NCBI GenBank assembly: GCA_019352195.1
Contig: JACAFG010000007.1
Coordinates: 10,046-74,045, forward strand
Length of the DNA stretch: 64,000 nt
Reading direction: 5' to 3'
Source: Candidatus Saccharimonadota bacterium
Lineage (GTDB): Bacteria; Patescibacteriota; Saccharimonadia; UBA4664
The notes below the pieces were generated by a model, which worked only from the letters and a program-made list of their open reading frames with translations, was not told the DNA's origin and did not search any database. Positions 10,326 to 21,251 of the stretch are shown here, one piece after another (position 1 is the first letter of the stretch; every line of letters starts with the position of its first letter). A program made the position numbers and the translations under genes.

Positions 10326-12185
10326 TTAACGCAGCTTGTATAAATAGATACTGTTACCAATTTTTGCCACTGGCGTATGGGCTCGCAAGTAAGCGTAGCC
10401 TGCTGTATTATCGAGAGCCGAATAGTAGCGATCGTTTTCGAGGAAAGTCTCCGAGACGGCGATGTACTGGCCCGTGTAGGGGCCGTTCTGCGAGTGCCAA
10501 GGTACCATGCCGGACTGCGAGCAGTTGTAGCCATCACCGGTAGCGATGAGATGGCCGCTAATATCGTATTTTCGATCGCAGAAGTAATAGTCTGGGCTCC
10601 CACCGCCAAAGTAATCGAGCGCAAAACTAGTAATGTGGTGTGCGGTGGTGTAGTTTTTCAGCTGCACTAAGTCTTGGCCCCAATCGACCCCAGAGTCACT
10701 AAAGTACTTATCCGCATTACCGCCGCCACCGATCAGTTCATTAAAGTACGCGGTATAGGCTGGATAAGCCAAGATAGTGCTGAGGGCGTACCAAAGTGCC
10801 AGCACGGCCAAACTCACGCCTGACCAAGTTGCCCATTTGGTACGCGACAAACGCCGCATGAGACGCATGGTACCCACCGCCACCAGCACAAAGATCGGCA
10901 AATAGATTGGTAAAATGTGCCGAATGCCCAAATTGAGATTGCCCATAACTGACACCACGAAGTAGAAAACGACAAACAAGCCGAGCGTCCACTCAATGAA
11001 GTTGTGCCGCAATGAGGTCGTAAAGCGTATCCACAATTGCCGCAAGCTGCGATGGCCCCGAAACGCTGCTACCAGACCGACAGCCGTTAAAATAACCATG
11101 AGGATCAATAGCGCCACTTGAGTTTTAACCGCAAACAACTCGGGGAAATACAGGTGGTAACTACCGTTTTTTACCATGCCGTTAAAATAGGTCACATTGC
11201 CGCCTTGGACACGGCCAAAGACCATTGCTACACCCAGAAAATACTGGACTAAGGGCCGAGCCACCGCATGCTGAGTCAGGCTCTCCATCAAGCTTGCAAC
11301 CTGCAGGCCAGGTCCGTACGTGAGCGAACCGGCAACCAGGCGCGACTGCACCGCGGCCGGCATATTGATGATATTCGGTATGTAATAGATATAGATCCAG
11401 ACAAGGCTTAACGCTGACGCTCCAAACAGGCCGCCAATGTAGAGTTTCAACCGGGTAGCGCGATCGTGGCCAAGCATGACGAACCCGGCCACAATGGCCA
11501 TGACAAGCAAAAATGGATATAGCAAAACGCCGTTAAACTTCACGAGGTTTGCCACGGCCAGGGCGAGCGACAGCCATAAGACGTTGCGCCCGCTCGGCAC
11601 GCGAATAAACCTCAAGAAGGTCGCAAGCGCTACAAAGATGAAGATCGTCGCGCCTACATCAGTCGTTACGTAGCGGGCATGCGCAATAATATTGGGTGAC
11701 AACGTATAAAAGAGCGTCGCGAGCAGTCCAGCGCCTATACCCCAATGATGCCGAACATAGCGGTATAAGAAAAACGTAAATCCAACCGCGAGCAGCAAAA
11801 TTGGCAGTCGTGCCCAAAACAGAATCTCACTGGCATTATTGCCCATATTGTAAATGAAGTCCCAGCCGGTCTCCCACTGGCCATTCGCAGCCGTCGTCCA
11901 CTCTGAACGATCATTAGGGAACTGAAGACCGAGAAATTGCAATGGCAAACCGGCCAAGTTCTTGATAAGCGGGGGATGTTCCGGGTTTAGCCGGTAATCG
12001 CCAAAATGATCGTACGAGTAGGCGGCTGGAATGTGAGCTACCTCATCTACGATGGCCGACTCACCGACCATACTGGTAATACCAAGGCCAAACATGAGTA
12101 TGGCCAGCGCCGATACAATAAACCAATCATATTCGCGAGCAAGGATTGCCAGGGTTGTTGTGATACGATGATAGCGCGACGGCAC
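10326..12185 (-). CDS. GT-C (family 39/PMT-like) glycosyltransferase
   Basis: IVDEVAHI.A, RLNPEHPPL.K, NLGIRH.LP, DS..DWGQDL. Confidence 0.85.
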   Translation of the reverse strand: MPSRYHRITTTLAILAREYDWFIVSALAILMFGLGITSMVGESAIVDEVAHIPAAYSYDHFGDYRLNPEHPPLIKNLAGLPLQFLGLQFPNDRSEWTTAANGQWETGWDFIYNMGNNASEILFWARLPILLLAVGFTFFLYRYVRHHWGIGAGLLATLFYTLSPNIIAHARYVTTDVGATIFIFVALATFLRFIRVPSGRNVLWLSLALAVANLVKFNGVLLYPFLLVMAIVAGFVMLGHDRATRLKLYIGGLFGASALSLVWIYIYYIPNIINMPAAVQSRLVAGSLTYGPGLQVASLMESLTQHAVARPLVQYFLGVAMVFGRVQGGNVTYFNGMVKNGSYHLYFPELFAVKTQVALLILMVILTAVGLVAAFRGHRSLRQLWIRFTTSLRHNFIEWTLGLFVVFYFVVSVMGNLNLGIRHILPIYLPIFVLVAVGTMRLMRRLSRTKWATWSGVSLAVLALWYALSTILAYPAYTAYFNELIGGGGNADKYFSDSGVDWGQDLVQLKNYTTAHHITSFALDYFGGGSPDYYFCDRKYDISGHLIATGDGYNCSQSGMVPWHSQNGPYTGQYIAVSETFLENDRYYSALDNTAGYAYLRAHTPVAKIGNSIYLYKLR

Positions 12186-12257
12186 GGGTAAATTCCTCTG
12201 ATTACGTCAATCTTAGCATAAGAAGTTTATCTGCGGCCCTATATTAAGGAGACAATC

Positions 12258-12545
12258 ATGTTTGAAAAAGCCAAAGCCATTAATGAGCTGCGCAAAATTC
12301 AATCGGCGCTTGCTAAAGAAATTATTAAAATCGAAACCGGCAATGGCGCGGTTAAAGTGACGATCAACGGCGCTCAGGAAATTAAGAAGGTAACGCTTGA
12401 TGAAGCTATCGTGCGCGAGGCAGACATCGCCAAACTCGAAAAGTGGATCGAAAGCGGCGTATCACAGGCCATTACCAAGAGTCAGCAACTCGCTGCCGAA
12501 AAAATGAAAGCCATTTCTGGCGGACTCGGCATCCCCGGCCTCTAG
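12258..12545 (+). CDS. ybaB: YbaB/EbfC nucleoid-associated protein
   Basis: G.GAVKVTING motif; upstream of recR. Confidence 0.88.
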   Translation: MFEKAKAINELRKIQSALAKEIIKIETGNGAVKVTINGAQEIKKVTLDEAIVREADIAKLEKWIESGVSQAITKSQQLAAEKMKAISGGLGIPGL

Positions 12546-12597
12546 CGTCATCGCCTAGGACTACACTCGGCCAATGGTTACCTGATAAGATAGTTAT

Positions 12598-13197
12598 ATG
12601 CGCATTGTGCCACGATCAGTTGAGACGCTCATTGAAGAGCTGAGCCGTTTGCCCGGGGTTGGTCCGCGAACCGCCGAGCGATTGGCCTTCCATATTCTCA
12701 AAAGTGACGCCGCCAAGGCGGCTGCCTTAGGTACGGCCGTCAGCGAACTGCACCTCAGTGTCCGCGGCTGCACGCAGTGCCACAATTTTGCCGAAGACGA
12801 ACTGTGCGCTGTTTGCCAATCTCCCGAGCGCGAGCAAACCGTCCTAGCCGTTGTGGAAGAGCCATTTGACGTGGTGGCAATCGAAAAAACCGGGCAATAC
12901 CACGGTTTGTATCACGTTTTAGGCGGCGTCATTTCACCGATTGACGGCTACGGGCCGGCCCAGCTCGAAATTGCCAGCCTAATTCAACGGGTCACAAACG
13001 GCACTATTACTGAAGTTATTTTGGCCACCAATCCATCACTCGAAGGTGAATCGACCGCGATGTATATTCGCCAGCAGCTGGAGGCGTCCGGCGTTAAACT
13101 CACGCGTCTGGCGCGCGGACTGCCGGTTGGTGGCGACCTTGAATACGCCGACCAAGTAACGCTTGGTCGCGCTTTACAAGGACGCCAGAGCTTCTAG
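12598..13197 (+). CDS. recR: recombination mediator RecR
   Basis: LPGVGPRTAERLA, C4 Zn finger, YHVLGG.ISP, ARGLPVGGDLEYAD. Confidence 0.98.
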   Translation: MRIVPRSVETLIEELSRLPGVGPRTAERLAFHILKSDAAKAAALGTAVSELHLSVRGCTQCHNFAEDELCAVCQSPEREQTVLAVVEEPFDVVAIEKTGQYHGLYHVLGGVISPIDGYGPAQLEIASLIQRVTNGTITEVILATNPSLEGESTAMYIRQQLEASGVKLTRLARGLPVGGDLEYADQVTLGRALQGRQSF

Positions 13198-13300
13198 ATG
13201 ATTCGGCCCTCCAGAAACCAATAAGATTGAAGTGGCAAGTACCTCGGCGTCTAGCCGCGAGCTAGGCCAGATTAACCTCATAACGTACAATAGAACCACT

Positions 13301-14305
13301 ATGACCGAACTAGAAGCCAATATTGCTAAATTTAAAGACCTCGTCGATGGCGCCAAGACTATTTTGGTGCTGCAACCAGACAGCCCCGACGGCGACAGCT
13401 TTGGCTCCGCTTTGGCGCTAGAGGAGATTTTTGGTGAGCTCGGCAAAAACGTAGTCTTGTTTTCGTATAAGGAGCCCGAGCCTTACTTGCGTATCCACGA
13501 AGGCTGGGACCGAGTAGCGCAAGATATGCCCAAGCAGTTTGATCTAACCGTGCTCGTCGACACAGGATCGCCCAAACTCATTAAGTCGACTCTGGAGCAC
13601 CACGCGACCGCCCTCATGGCCAAGCCCATGGTGGTTATCGATCACCACGCGTCCCGGCAAGATTTTGGTTTTACCACCATCGATATTGCCGACACCTCGG
13701 TGGCGACTGCCGAGCTCATAATGCAGCTGTGTCTCGATTTTGACTGGACGGTTAATACCTCGGCTGCCGTAAAGTTAGCGACCGCGCTACTTAGCGATTC
13801 GCTTGGTCTGACTACTTCTGGCACCACCTACCGCAGCGTTGCCATGTATGCCGAATGTATCAAGCGTGGTGCCAGCCCTAGCGAACTTAGTCGCCTCCAC
13901 CGCGAGGTATCAGCTCTAGAGCCAACCCAGGTCCATCTCAAAGGCCAATTACTCAGTTCCATCGAATACGTTTGTGATGGGGAACTGGCCATTGCCGAAA
14001 TCACCCCCGACGTTGTGGCCGATAATAAGGACAAATTCGAACCCTATAATATGATTATTAGCGAGATGCAGTGGACCAAAGGCGTCAAACTGGCCGCGGT
14101 CTTCAAAAATTATGGCACCAAGGTAAGCGTGCCATTGCGCTCAACGAACGAATCGGCGGCGCCAATTGCAGCCAAATTTGACGGCGGCGGTCATCCGAAT
14201 GCCAGTGCTTACCGAACTACCACTACCGATATAGCTGCCGAAAAAGCCAAGTTAATCGCGGCCTACGAGGCTTACCGAAAGGAGACAACCGTTGAAGCTG
14301 ACTAA
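13301..14305 (+). CDS. DHH family phosphoesterase (NrnA-like)
   Basis: PDGDS.GS, VD, IDHH, GGGHPNA; start at ATG after a TACAAT box. Confidence 0.88.
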   Translation: MTELEANIAKFKDLVDGAKTILVLQPDSPDGDSFGSALALEEIFGELGKNVVLFSYKEPEPYLRIHEGWDRVAQDMPKQFDLTVLVDTGSPKLIKSTLEHHATALMAKPMVVIDHHASRQDFGFTTIDIADTSVATAELIMQLCLDFDWTVNTSAAVKLATALLSDSLGLTTSGTTYRSVAMYAECIKRGASPSELSRLHREVSALEPTQVHLKGQLLSSIEYVCDGELAIAEITPDVVADNKDKFEPYNMIISEMQWTKGVKLAAVFKNYGTKVSVPLRSTNESAAPIAAKFDGGGHPNASAYRTTTTDIAAEKAKLIAAYEAYRKETTVEAD

Positions 14306-15728
14306 TACCCTCACAAGTAAGCACACCGAATTAAGCGAGCTTGGGCTAAATCCTGGCGACACTGTCACGCTTTATTCCTGCGGCCCCACCGTCTATAACC
14401 ATGTTCATATCGGCAATTTGCGAACTTTCATTGCCGATGATATGTTGCGCCGCAACCTGATTGCGGCTGGATACAAGGTAAATGCCGTGATGAACATTAC
14501 CGATGTCGACGATAAAACCATCGCCAAAAGCCAGACCGAACATCCGGATTTAGGCCCAATGGAGGCGCTCATCGAAACAACGCGCGCCTACGAAGCAATC
14601 TTTATGAGCGACTTGGCCGCCGTCGGAGTTGATACGAGTATCTTCACTATTGTTCGGGCGACGGAGCAAATTGGACCGATGCAAGCCATGATCGCAGACA
14701 TTATGAAGCACGGTTTCGCCTATATTGCCGAAGGTTCGGTTTATTTTGATCTAGCCAAGTACCAAGCTGCGGGTAATACCTACGGCCAGCTCATCAACGT
14801 CGACTTTTCGCCGCAAGCTCGCGTCGACAACGATGAGTATGATAAAAACGAAGCCCGTGATTTTGTTTTGTGGAAAGGCATGAAAGAGGGCGAGCCTTTT
14901 TGGGAGTTTGCGTTAGACGGTCACGATTTACCGGGCCGTCCGGGCTGGCACATTGAATGCTCCGCCATGGCCCTAGCCAATCTGCATACTCAACCAATTA
15001 CCATTCACTCAGGCGGCATCGACCTGAAGTTTCCGCACCACGAAAACGAAATCGCGCAAACTATTGGTGCTACCGGCCAACCGTTTACCCAAATCTTTAC
15101 GCATCATGGTCACTTGTTCGTCGACGGCCGTAAAATGAGTAAAAGTCTAGATAATTTCTACACGCTTGAAGATATTGTCGCCGAAGGCTACCATCCGCTG
15201 GCTTTTCGACTTCTCACCCTGCAGGCGTCCCATACTTCCGAGCTTAACTTCAGCTGGGATTCACTCGACGCGGCCCAAAATAGCCTTGGCAGTTTATATG
15301 GCTGGGCCGATCTGCGCCATCAAACCAATTTGAGCGAGCTCCGCTTTGAGCCATCCGTCATTGATGACACGCTTGACCATATGACGCAGGCACTCGCTGA
15401 CGATCTAAGTTCGACAGCCGCGTTAGCCGTGCTATACCGCTTTGTGGCAGAGCTTGCCCCTGGCATGCGTTATGACGAAGAGGATAGCGCCGAGCTGTTT
15501 GGTCGCATCGATGCCTTGCTCGGACTGGGACTCAGCGACCGCTCCGATATCAACGCCGATCAAAAAAAACTCATTGCCGAGCGTCAAACCGCACGCGAAG
15601 CCAAGGATTACGCCGCTTCAGATCGTTTTCGTGCTCAGCTCGAGCGTCGAGGTCTCGAAATTAGCGACACGCCCAACGGCCCGCGTTGGCGCCGCCTCGA
15701 ACTCACTAAGCCAGAGAAAATAAATTAG
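14292..15728 (+). CDS. cysS: cysteine--tRNA ligase
   Basis: CGPTVY, HIGN, GRPGWHIECSAM, FPHHENEIAQ, KMSKS. Confidence 0.98.
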   Translation: MKLTNTLTSKHTELSELGLNPGDTVTLYSCGPTVYNHVHIGNLRTFIADDMLRRNLIAAGYKVNAVMNITDVDDKTIAKSQTEHPDLGPMEALIETTRAYEAIFMSDLAAVGVDTSIFTIVRATEQIGPMQAMIADIMKHGFAYIAEGSVYFDLAKYQAAGNTYGQLINVDFSPQARVDNDEYDKNEARDFVLWKGMKEGEPFWEFALDGHDLPGRPGWHIECSAMALANLHTQPITIHSGGIDLKFPHHENEIAQTIGATGQPFTQIFTHHGHLFVDGRKMSKSLDNFYTLEDIVAEGYHPLAFRLLTLQASHTSELNFSWDSLDAAQNSLGSLYGWADLRHQTNLSELRFEPSVIDDTLDHMTQALADDLSSTAALAVLYRFVAELAPGMRYDEEDSAELFGRIDALLGLGLSDRSDINADQKKLIAERQTAREAKDYAASDRFRAQLERRGLEISDTPNGPRWRRLELTKPEKIN

Positions 15729-15737
15729 GACCAGACT

Positions 15738-17516
15738 ATGAAAGACCTCATCAAAATCATCCGCTATTCATGGGATCTCAAGCGCTACTACATTCCAACC
15801 ATCATTTTGGTAATCGTCTCGACGGTTATAGGCCTGGTATCACCATTTCTAACGAAACGTATCGTCGATGGTCTCACCCAAATGGCCGCCGGTCATCCGC
15901 CAGCGCACAGTTTTTATGTTTGGCCGATTGTCGGACTGCTTGGTATTGGTATCGCCGTTGCCGTTATATCGAATATCCAGGGCTACATTGGCGATCAATT
16001 GGGTGCCAAGCTTAATACGCTCCTCTCTACCCGTTACTACCGCCACATCTTGCAATTGCCCCTGGAGTACTACGACAACGAGGTTGCCGGCAAAATTACC
16101 AACCGTCTCGAACGCAGTATCACTACCATTAGTCAGCTCATTACGGCCTTTGCCAACAACTTTGTCGGCATGATCTTGGGTGTCGTGCTCTCGCTCGCCG
16201 TTATCGCCTACTATGCGTGGCCAGTGGCGCTGCTCTTGGCGCTGCTCTTTCCACTCTACATTTGGCTGACTTCGCTCTCTAGTAAACGCTGGCAGACCTA
16301 TCAAGAGGGTATTAATACTGATATGGATATTAATAACGGTCGCTTTATCGAAGCGGTTAACCAAATCCGGGTAGTGAAGAGCTTTGTCCAAGAAATTACC
16401 GAGGGTAACTTCTTTGCCGGTAAGCGTCATGCTATCGAGCGCGAAACCAAAGCTCAATCGCTTGGCTGGCACTGGTACGACACGGCCCGCCGAGCTGGGC
16501 TGGCGGTTATATTTGCGCTCATTTATGTCTACATTACCTGGGCTGCAGTGACCGGTCGCTTGTCGATCGGCCAGCTCGTGCTATTGCTGCAGCTGATAAT
16601 TACCGTCCAATTCCCCTTGGGCGCGAGCTCGTTTATTGTCGATAATCTCCAGCGCGCTCAAGCCGGCTCGCGTGATTTTTTTGGTGTTATGGACACCAAA
16701 CCAACGATTGTTGATGAACCGGGCGCCGGTAGCCTCACCGTTACCAAGGGCGAAGTGGCTTTCTCTGACATCAAGTTTGCCTACGGCGACGGTCAAGTGG
16801 TGCTTAACGACATTAGCTTTACTGTAAAACATGGTACTAAATTGGCGCTCGTGGGGGAGAGTGGGCAGGGTAAAACGACCATTTCCAACTTGCTACTGCG
16901 CTTATATCATCTTGATGGCGGCAAAATCATCATCGATGGCCAAGATATCGCAAAAGTCAGCCAAAGCTCTCTCCGCGAGGCTATCGGAGTGGTATTTCAG
17001 GAGCCAGCGCTCTTTAGTGGCACGGTTCGCGATAACATCGCTTACGGCACACCAAAGGCCTCACTCGAAGCCATTAAGCAGGCAGCTGCGGCCGCCAATG
17101 CCGATGGTTTCATTGATAAATTGCCGCACGGCTTTGACACCGAAATCGGTGAACGCGGCGTGAAGCTATCGGGCGGCCAGCGCCAACGACTGGCTATTGC
17201 CCGCGCCATCCTCAAAGACGCCCCGATCCTCATTCTAGACGAGGCCACCAGCTCGCTCGACTCGAAAGCCGAGGCTGAAGTGCAGTCAGCCCTTGATCAA
17301 CTTATGAAGGGGCGTACTACGCTGATTATTGCCCACCGCCTCTCAACCATTGCTCGCGTCGACATGATTGTTGGTCTCAAAGACGGGCGCGTTTTGGAGC
17401 AGGGGACTCCGGACGAGCTCGCTCACGGTAAAGGCATCTACTCTGAACTTCTGGCGTTACAAAACCCGACTGAAGACAACAAGAAGAAACTCGCCAAGTA
17501 CGAAATGGCTGGCTAA
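15738..17516 (+). CDS. ABC exporter, fused permease/ATPase
   Basis: TM domain, GESGQGKT, LSGGQRQR, LILDEATSSLD. Confidence 0.95.
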   Translation: MKDLIKIIRYSWDLKRYYIPTIILVIVSTVIGLVSPFLTKRIVDGLTQMAAGHPPAHSFYVWPIVGLLGIGIAVAVISNIQGYIGDQLGAKLNTLLSTRYYRHILQLPLEYYDNEVAGKITNRLERSITTISQLITAFANNFVGMILGVVLSLAVIAYYAWPVALLLALLFPLYIWLTSLSSKRWQTYQEGINTDMDINNGRFIEAVNQIRVVKSFVQEITEGNFFAGKRHAIERETKAQSLGWHWYDTARRAGLAVIFALIYVYITWAAVTGRLSIGQLVLLLQLIITVQFPLGASSFIVDNLQRAQAGSRDFFGVMDTKPTIVDEPGAGSLTVTKGEVAFSDIKFAYGDGQVVLNDISFTVKHGTKLALVGESGQGKTTISNLLLRLYHLDGGKIIIDGQDIAKVSQSSLREAIGVVFQEPALFSGTVRDNIAYGTPKASLEAIKQAAAAANADGFIDKLPHGFDTEIGERGVKLSGGQRQRLAIARAILKDAPILILDEATSSLDSKAEAEVQSALDQLMKGRTTLIIAHRLSTIARVDMIVGLKDGRVLEQGTPDELAHGKGIYSELLALQNPTEDNKKKLAKYEMAG

Positions 17517-17601
17517 ACGGAATGCTACCGCGATAGATGCAACGTAATCAAGGGTTGTCGCTAGTCTGCCTCCAGTCCAGGCGCTGTCTAGCTAATGCTT
17601 A

Positions 17602-18642
17602 CTAAGCCTGGTGTTCTTTGTGCAAATAGTTATCGACGTAGTCGCGGATAAGAATCTGGAGGCTCGCGGCAATTGGAATAGCTACCAAGGCTCCCAAAAT
17701 GCCGCCGATGGCCGCACCCATAATAATGGCGATTAGGACGGTTAGGGGAGTAACCTCAACGGTTTTGCCATAAATGACTGGTTGCAGGACATGATTTTCG
17801 ACCTGCTGGTAGATGAGGAAGAAGACTACCACGATGATACCGGCGACGGTTGAAGTAAAGAACGCTACCAGTATTACGATTACGGCCCCAATAGTCGCGC
17901 CTACCAACGGGATCAGATCTGCAATCGCTACCATCAGACCAAGCGGGATAGCGTACGGCACACCCATAATAGTTAAGATAACCGCTGTCGCAACGGCCGC
18001 AATGAGGCTTGTAAGCAAGTTACCGTTCACGTAGCCCGATACTGCCCGGTACATATGCGCCACCAGGTCTTTACTGTGCGCACGACGGTTTGGTGGCACG
18101 AGTTTCCAAAACGATTCAATCCAACGCGGCCCTTCCATCATCATGAATACGCTTAGGACCAAGATGGTGGTAGCGGCGGCCAAACTAGCGAATAAGCCTT
18201 TGAAAAAGCCGTAAAATGAGCCGCCAGCTGATGACACATAATGCGTAATCTGGTCTTGGCTCGCGCGCACGCGGTCAACGAGGTTGTAGTGGCGAATTTG
18301 ATCGCTTATGAAGTTGTGGCCGTTGACCAGCTGGTTGGCAAAGTTAGGTACGCTGTCGGCCAACGACTGCGTTTGGCTGACCATTGGCGGAACGAAGCTA
18401 AAGATCAGAAATGCCACCACTGCCGCACCAATCAGCCCCACTACGGTGATGGCGGATCCTCGGCTTTTACGAGGCATGTATTGGCTGAGGCCATCAACCG
18501 CCGGGTTTAGCGCCACCGCCAGGAAAAAGGCTGTCCCAATCCAGATGAGCGCCGTCCGCGCCTTATAGACCAGAACCAACCCCACCATAAACAAAACCGT
18601 TAGGCTCAGAACTTTTACGATGCTACGGCTAGATATCTTCAT
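17602..18642 (-). CDS. AI-2E family transporter
   Basis: AVALNPAV, IPLVG, QQVENHVLQP, GILGALVAIP. Confidence 0.9.
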   Translation of the reverse strand: MKISSRSIVKVLSLTVLFMVGLVLVYKARTALIWIGTAFFLAVALNPAVDGLSQYMPRKSRGSAITVVGLIGAAVVAFLIFSFVPPMVSQTQSLADSVPNFANQLVNGHNFISDQIRHYNLVDRVRASQDQITHYVSSAGGSFYGFFKGLFASLAAATTILVLSVFMMMEGPRWIESFWKLVPPNRRAHSKDLVAHMYRAVSGYVNGNLLTSLIAAVATAVILTIMGVPYAIPLGLMVAIADLIPLVGATIGAVIVILVAFFTSTVAGIIVVVFFLIYQQVENHVLQPVIYGKTVEVTPLTVLIAIIMGAAIGGILGALVAIPIAASLQILIRDYVDNYLHKEHQA

Positions 18643-18679
18643 TACCTATTTATAGCTTGCCTTGGCGGTAACAGCAAAC

Positions 18680-20356
18680 TTAATCATTCATAAGCGAGTT
18701 AATGGCCAGAATCGTACGGGTCAGGCCAGCCGCCCCGCGCTCATAGACGAGAAAACGCGGCTCCCAACGTGGCTCAAATTTGTTCTTAAACCGGCGCAGG
18801 CCTTCGTATGAAAAACCGCCGACCCCGAAGCGCCCCGCTAACGCAATGACGCGCTCTTCAAGCGTTTGTTCTGGTCGATTACCAACGCCGGCCAGTGGCG
18901 CCAGCCCGAGACTAAACTCAGCGATGCCGCCTTCGTATAAACTCAAGATGATTTCAGCCAGCAAATAATCCATAACTCCGGTTTCAGTGTTCGGCAGGTA
19001 GCGCATCAAATCAATGGTCGACTGGCGCTCATTGTAAGAGGGGATGGCATTGGCAAACGCTACCAAGCGACCTTTGTCGTTACGCACTAAATAGAGCGTA
19101 TTACGTCTCAAGTATGCTTTGTCATGATAGCCGAGTGCAAAGCCACGTTCGGACCGTCCACCTTCACTCAGCCAACCTTTCGTGACAATCGCCGCCTCAG
19201 CTAAAACTTTAGGCGACTGAGGCGCGTTTGCCACCTCGAAACTGTAGCCGAGGCGTTTGAATTTATTAACCACTCCGCGAAAATGCTTAGAACGCACAGT
19301 TTCAGTGGCGAACGTAGCAGTATCTACCACCGCATCCTCACCGATTTTAAGGACCCTCAGCTTAGCCGCCTCAAAGATGTCGAGGTGATCATCCGGCAAA
19401 TAAATATGCGTTACCGTCCAGTCATGCAGATGACAAAACTGTTTGAAGCTATCAATAAGCTCGCCCCAGGCTGCAACCGGCCCAATCGGCTCGCCCAGTA
19501 CCATAGCCGTTCCATGATCAACGCAGTAAGCCACCATGGCGGTTCCCTCAGTGTTAAAGAAAAAGGTCTTATCTTCGGGCCATAGTTTAAATTCATCCTC
19601 ACTGGAAGTGCCGTACTCAGTAATAAGGTCACGAGCTCGGTCACGCTCCTGCGGCAGGGTAGCATAGCGATAGACGAGTGGCCGAAACAGGCTGTAGAAC
19701 GCAAAGGCAATGCTCAAACCCCCGAGCAAGTCGAGTGAGGTAATAAACCATTTGGCACGGTGGCTATGTGGCGACAGTGCCGGATCATCAACCAGCGAAA
19801 ACTGTCCGAGAGTTAACTTGGCTCCCTCAGCAAGGCCGACATGATGCGGGCTCGTAAAATCTCTTGGGGCCAAGCGAGTAAAGCCAATGCTGCCATACAG
19901 TAACGCCACCAGCAAACTAAGACTTAACAGCCCCGTCCCCTGAGCCACGCTGTGAAGCTCGTATTTCACTACGAATAAATGCTCAAATAATGCCAGAAGT
20001 ATTAGTGACAAAACGGGCAAAATAAGGGCGGTTAAATTTTGGGCATAGACGGCGTGTCCAATAACGATAATGCTCGAACCGACAAACGCCACCCACCACG
20101 CTAGGCGCTTACGGAGTAGCAGCTGGCTCGCAAAATAAATCAGTAAAAAACCAGCAAATAAGCCAAAAAAACGACCATACAGATCGTAGTCAAACGGGAA
20201 AAACATTTCTACCCGACTTGGCAGGCGACTATATAAGACAGCCAGAATCGCGAACAAACCATTTAAGAAGACAATGCCGGCTACGAGGCGAACGGGCCAG
20301 TTGCGCCAACGCGCGGATGGACGTACGGCGGTGTAATCTAGAATGGTCGAATCCAT
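18680..20356 (-). CDS. aminoacyl-phosphatidylglycerol synthase-like protein (MprF/DUF2156 domain)
   Basis: LGEPIG, IGEDA, ERGFALG, IDLMR, LGLAPL, GLRRFKNKFEPRWEPR; the ORF-track N-terminal extension is the antisense of the tRNA. Confidence 0.88.
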   Translation of the reverse strand: MDSTILDYTAVRPSARWRNWPVRLVAGIVFLNGLFAILAVLYSRLPSRVEMFFPFDYDLYGRFFGLFAGFLLIYFASQLLLRKRLAWWVAFVGSSIIVIGHAVYAQNLTALILPVLSLILLALFEHLFVVKYELHSVAQGTGLLSLSLLVALLYGSIGFTRLAPRDFTSPHHVGLAEGAKLTLGQFSLVDDPALSPHSHRAKWFITSLDLLGGLSIAFAFYSLFRPLVYRYATLPQERDRARDLITEYGTSSEDEFKLWPEDKTFFFNTEGTAMVAYCVDHGTAMVLGEPIGPVAAWGELIDSFKQFCHLHDWTVTHIYLPDDHLDIFEAAKLRVLKIGEDAVVDTATFATETVRSKHFRGVVNKFKRLGYSFEVANAPQSPKVLAEAAIVTKGWLSEGGRSERGFALGYHDKAYLRRNTLYLVRNDKGRLVAFANAIPSYNERQSTIDLMRYLPNTETGVMDYLLAEIILSLYEGGIAEFSLGLAPLAGVGNRPEQTLEERVIALAGRFGVGGFSYEGLRRFKNKFEPRWEPRFLVYERGAAGLTRTILAINSLMND

Positions 20357-20465
20357 TGCTCTATTGTAACGTAAGCTTATTGATTGACGCGAATATCTTG
20401 GCACTAGTGCCCTGCTTGAGGTAAAATAACCAAGCTTGACTCGGCTGAAACGCCGAACAACATAT

Positions 20466-20540
20466 TGGGGCGTGGCCAAGTGGTAAGGCAACGGTTTTTG
20501 GTGCCGTGCACCGTAGGTTCGAATCCTACCGCCCCAGCCA
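20466..20540 (+). tRNA. tRNA-Gln (anticodon TTG)
   Basis: TGGGGCG/CGCCCCA acceptor, ACGGT-TTTTGGT-GCCGT anticodon arm, GGTTCGAATCC T arm, encoded CCA. Confidence 0.97.
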
Positions 20541-20597
20541 GCCATTATTTTCGAACTTCGAGAGGCTTAATAGCCTCTCTTTGTGTAAGATAGCACC

Positions 20598-21158
20598 ATG
20601 ATAATCACGTCTGAAGCCGATATTGCAAAACTAATCGAGTCAGACCCGTGGATGATGAAAGTCCTCAGGGCGGCCGAGAATTTTGATCTCCCCGACTGGT
20701 GGATTGGCGCAGGTTTTTTGCGCAGCAAAATATGGGATGCCATCGAGGGTAAGCATACTGGACCAACTAAAGATGTTGACCTCGTATACTTTAATGCTAC
20801 TGAAACGGCACCTGAAACCGATTGGGCCTACGATGAAAAAATGAAGCACGACTTTCCATTCGCGGAATGGGAGGTTCGGAATCAGGCTCGAATGCATTAT
20901 GTAGATGACTTTTCACCTTATACCTCAACAGCGGATGGAATCTCCCATTGGGTTGAAACTGCGACATGCGTTGCCGTGAAGCTGCATACTGGAAAGTTAA
21001 CGTTTCTTTTTTGTCATGGTACAGATGATCTCTACGGCCTGATTGCCCGACCAATCCCAATCTTCAAGCAGCCTGAACTCATCGAGGTATTTTATAACCG
21101 TGTATCCAGCAAGCGCTGGCAGGAGAAATGGCCTCACTTACGGATTGAAACAACTTAA
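20598..21158 (+). CDS. nucleotidyltransferase family protein (DUF925-like), cassette cargo
   Basis: LPDWWIGAGFLR..IWD, DVDLVYF, WEVRNQARMH, ETATCVAV. Confidence 0.88.
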   Translation: MIITSEADIAKLIESDPWMMKVLRAAENFDLPDWWIGAGFLRSKIWDAIEGKHTGPTKDVDLVYFNATETAPETDWAYDEKMKHDFPFAEWEVRNQARMHYVDDFSPYTSTADGISHWVETATCVAVKLHTGKLTFLFCHGTDDLYGLIARPIPIFKQPELIEVFYNRVSSKRWQEKWPHLRIETT

Positions 21159-21208
21159 GCTATGAGGCTAGTGACAATACAAGTGTTTGGATTCAAAGAA
21201 AATTCCAT

Positions 21209-21251
21209 AGTTCGGAAATCCGACCATAGCCCCAGCCAAAGGATATTATGC
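21209..21251 (+). repeat. att-like junction R1 (tRNA 3'-end derivative)
   Basis: AGTTCGGAAATCCGACCATAGCCCCAGCCA then AAGGATATTATGC. Confidence 0.8.

Noticed and set aside
20357-20545. N-terminal extension of the 621-aa ORF (MAGWGGRIRT..)
   Set aside because: It is the antisense of tRNA-Gln; the real start is ATG 20356 with a -10 box 6 nt upstream.
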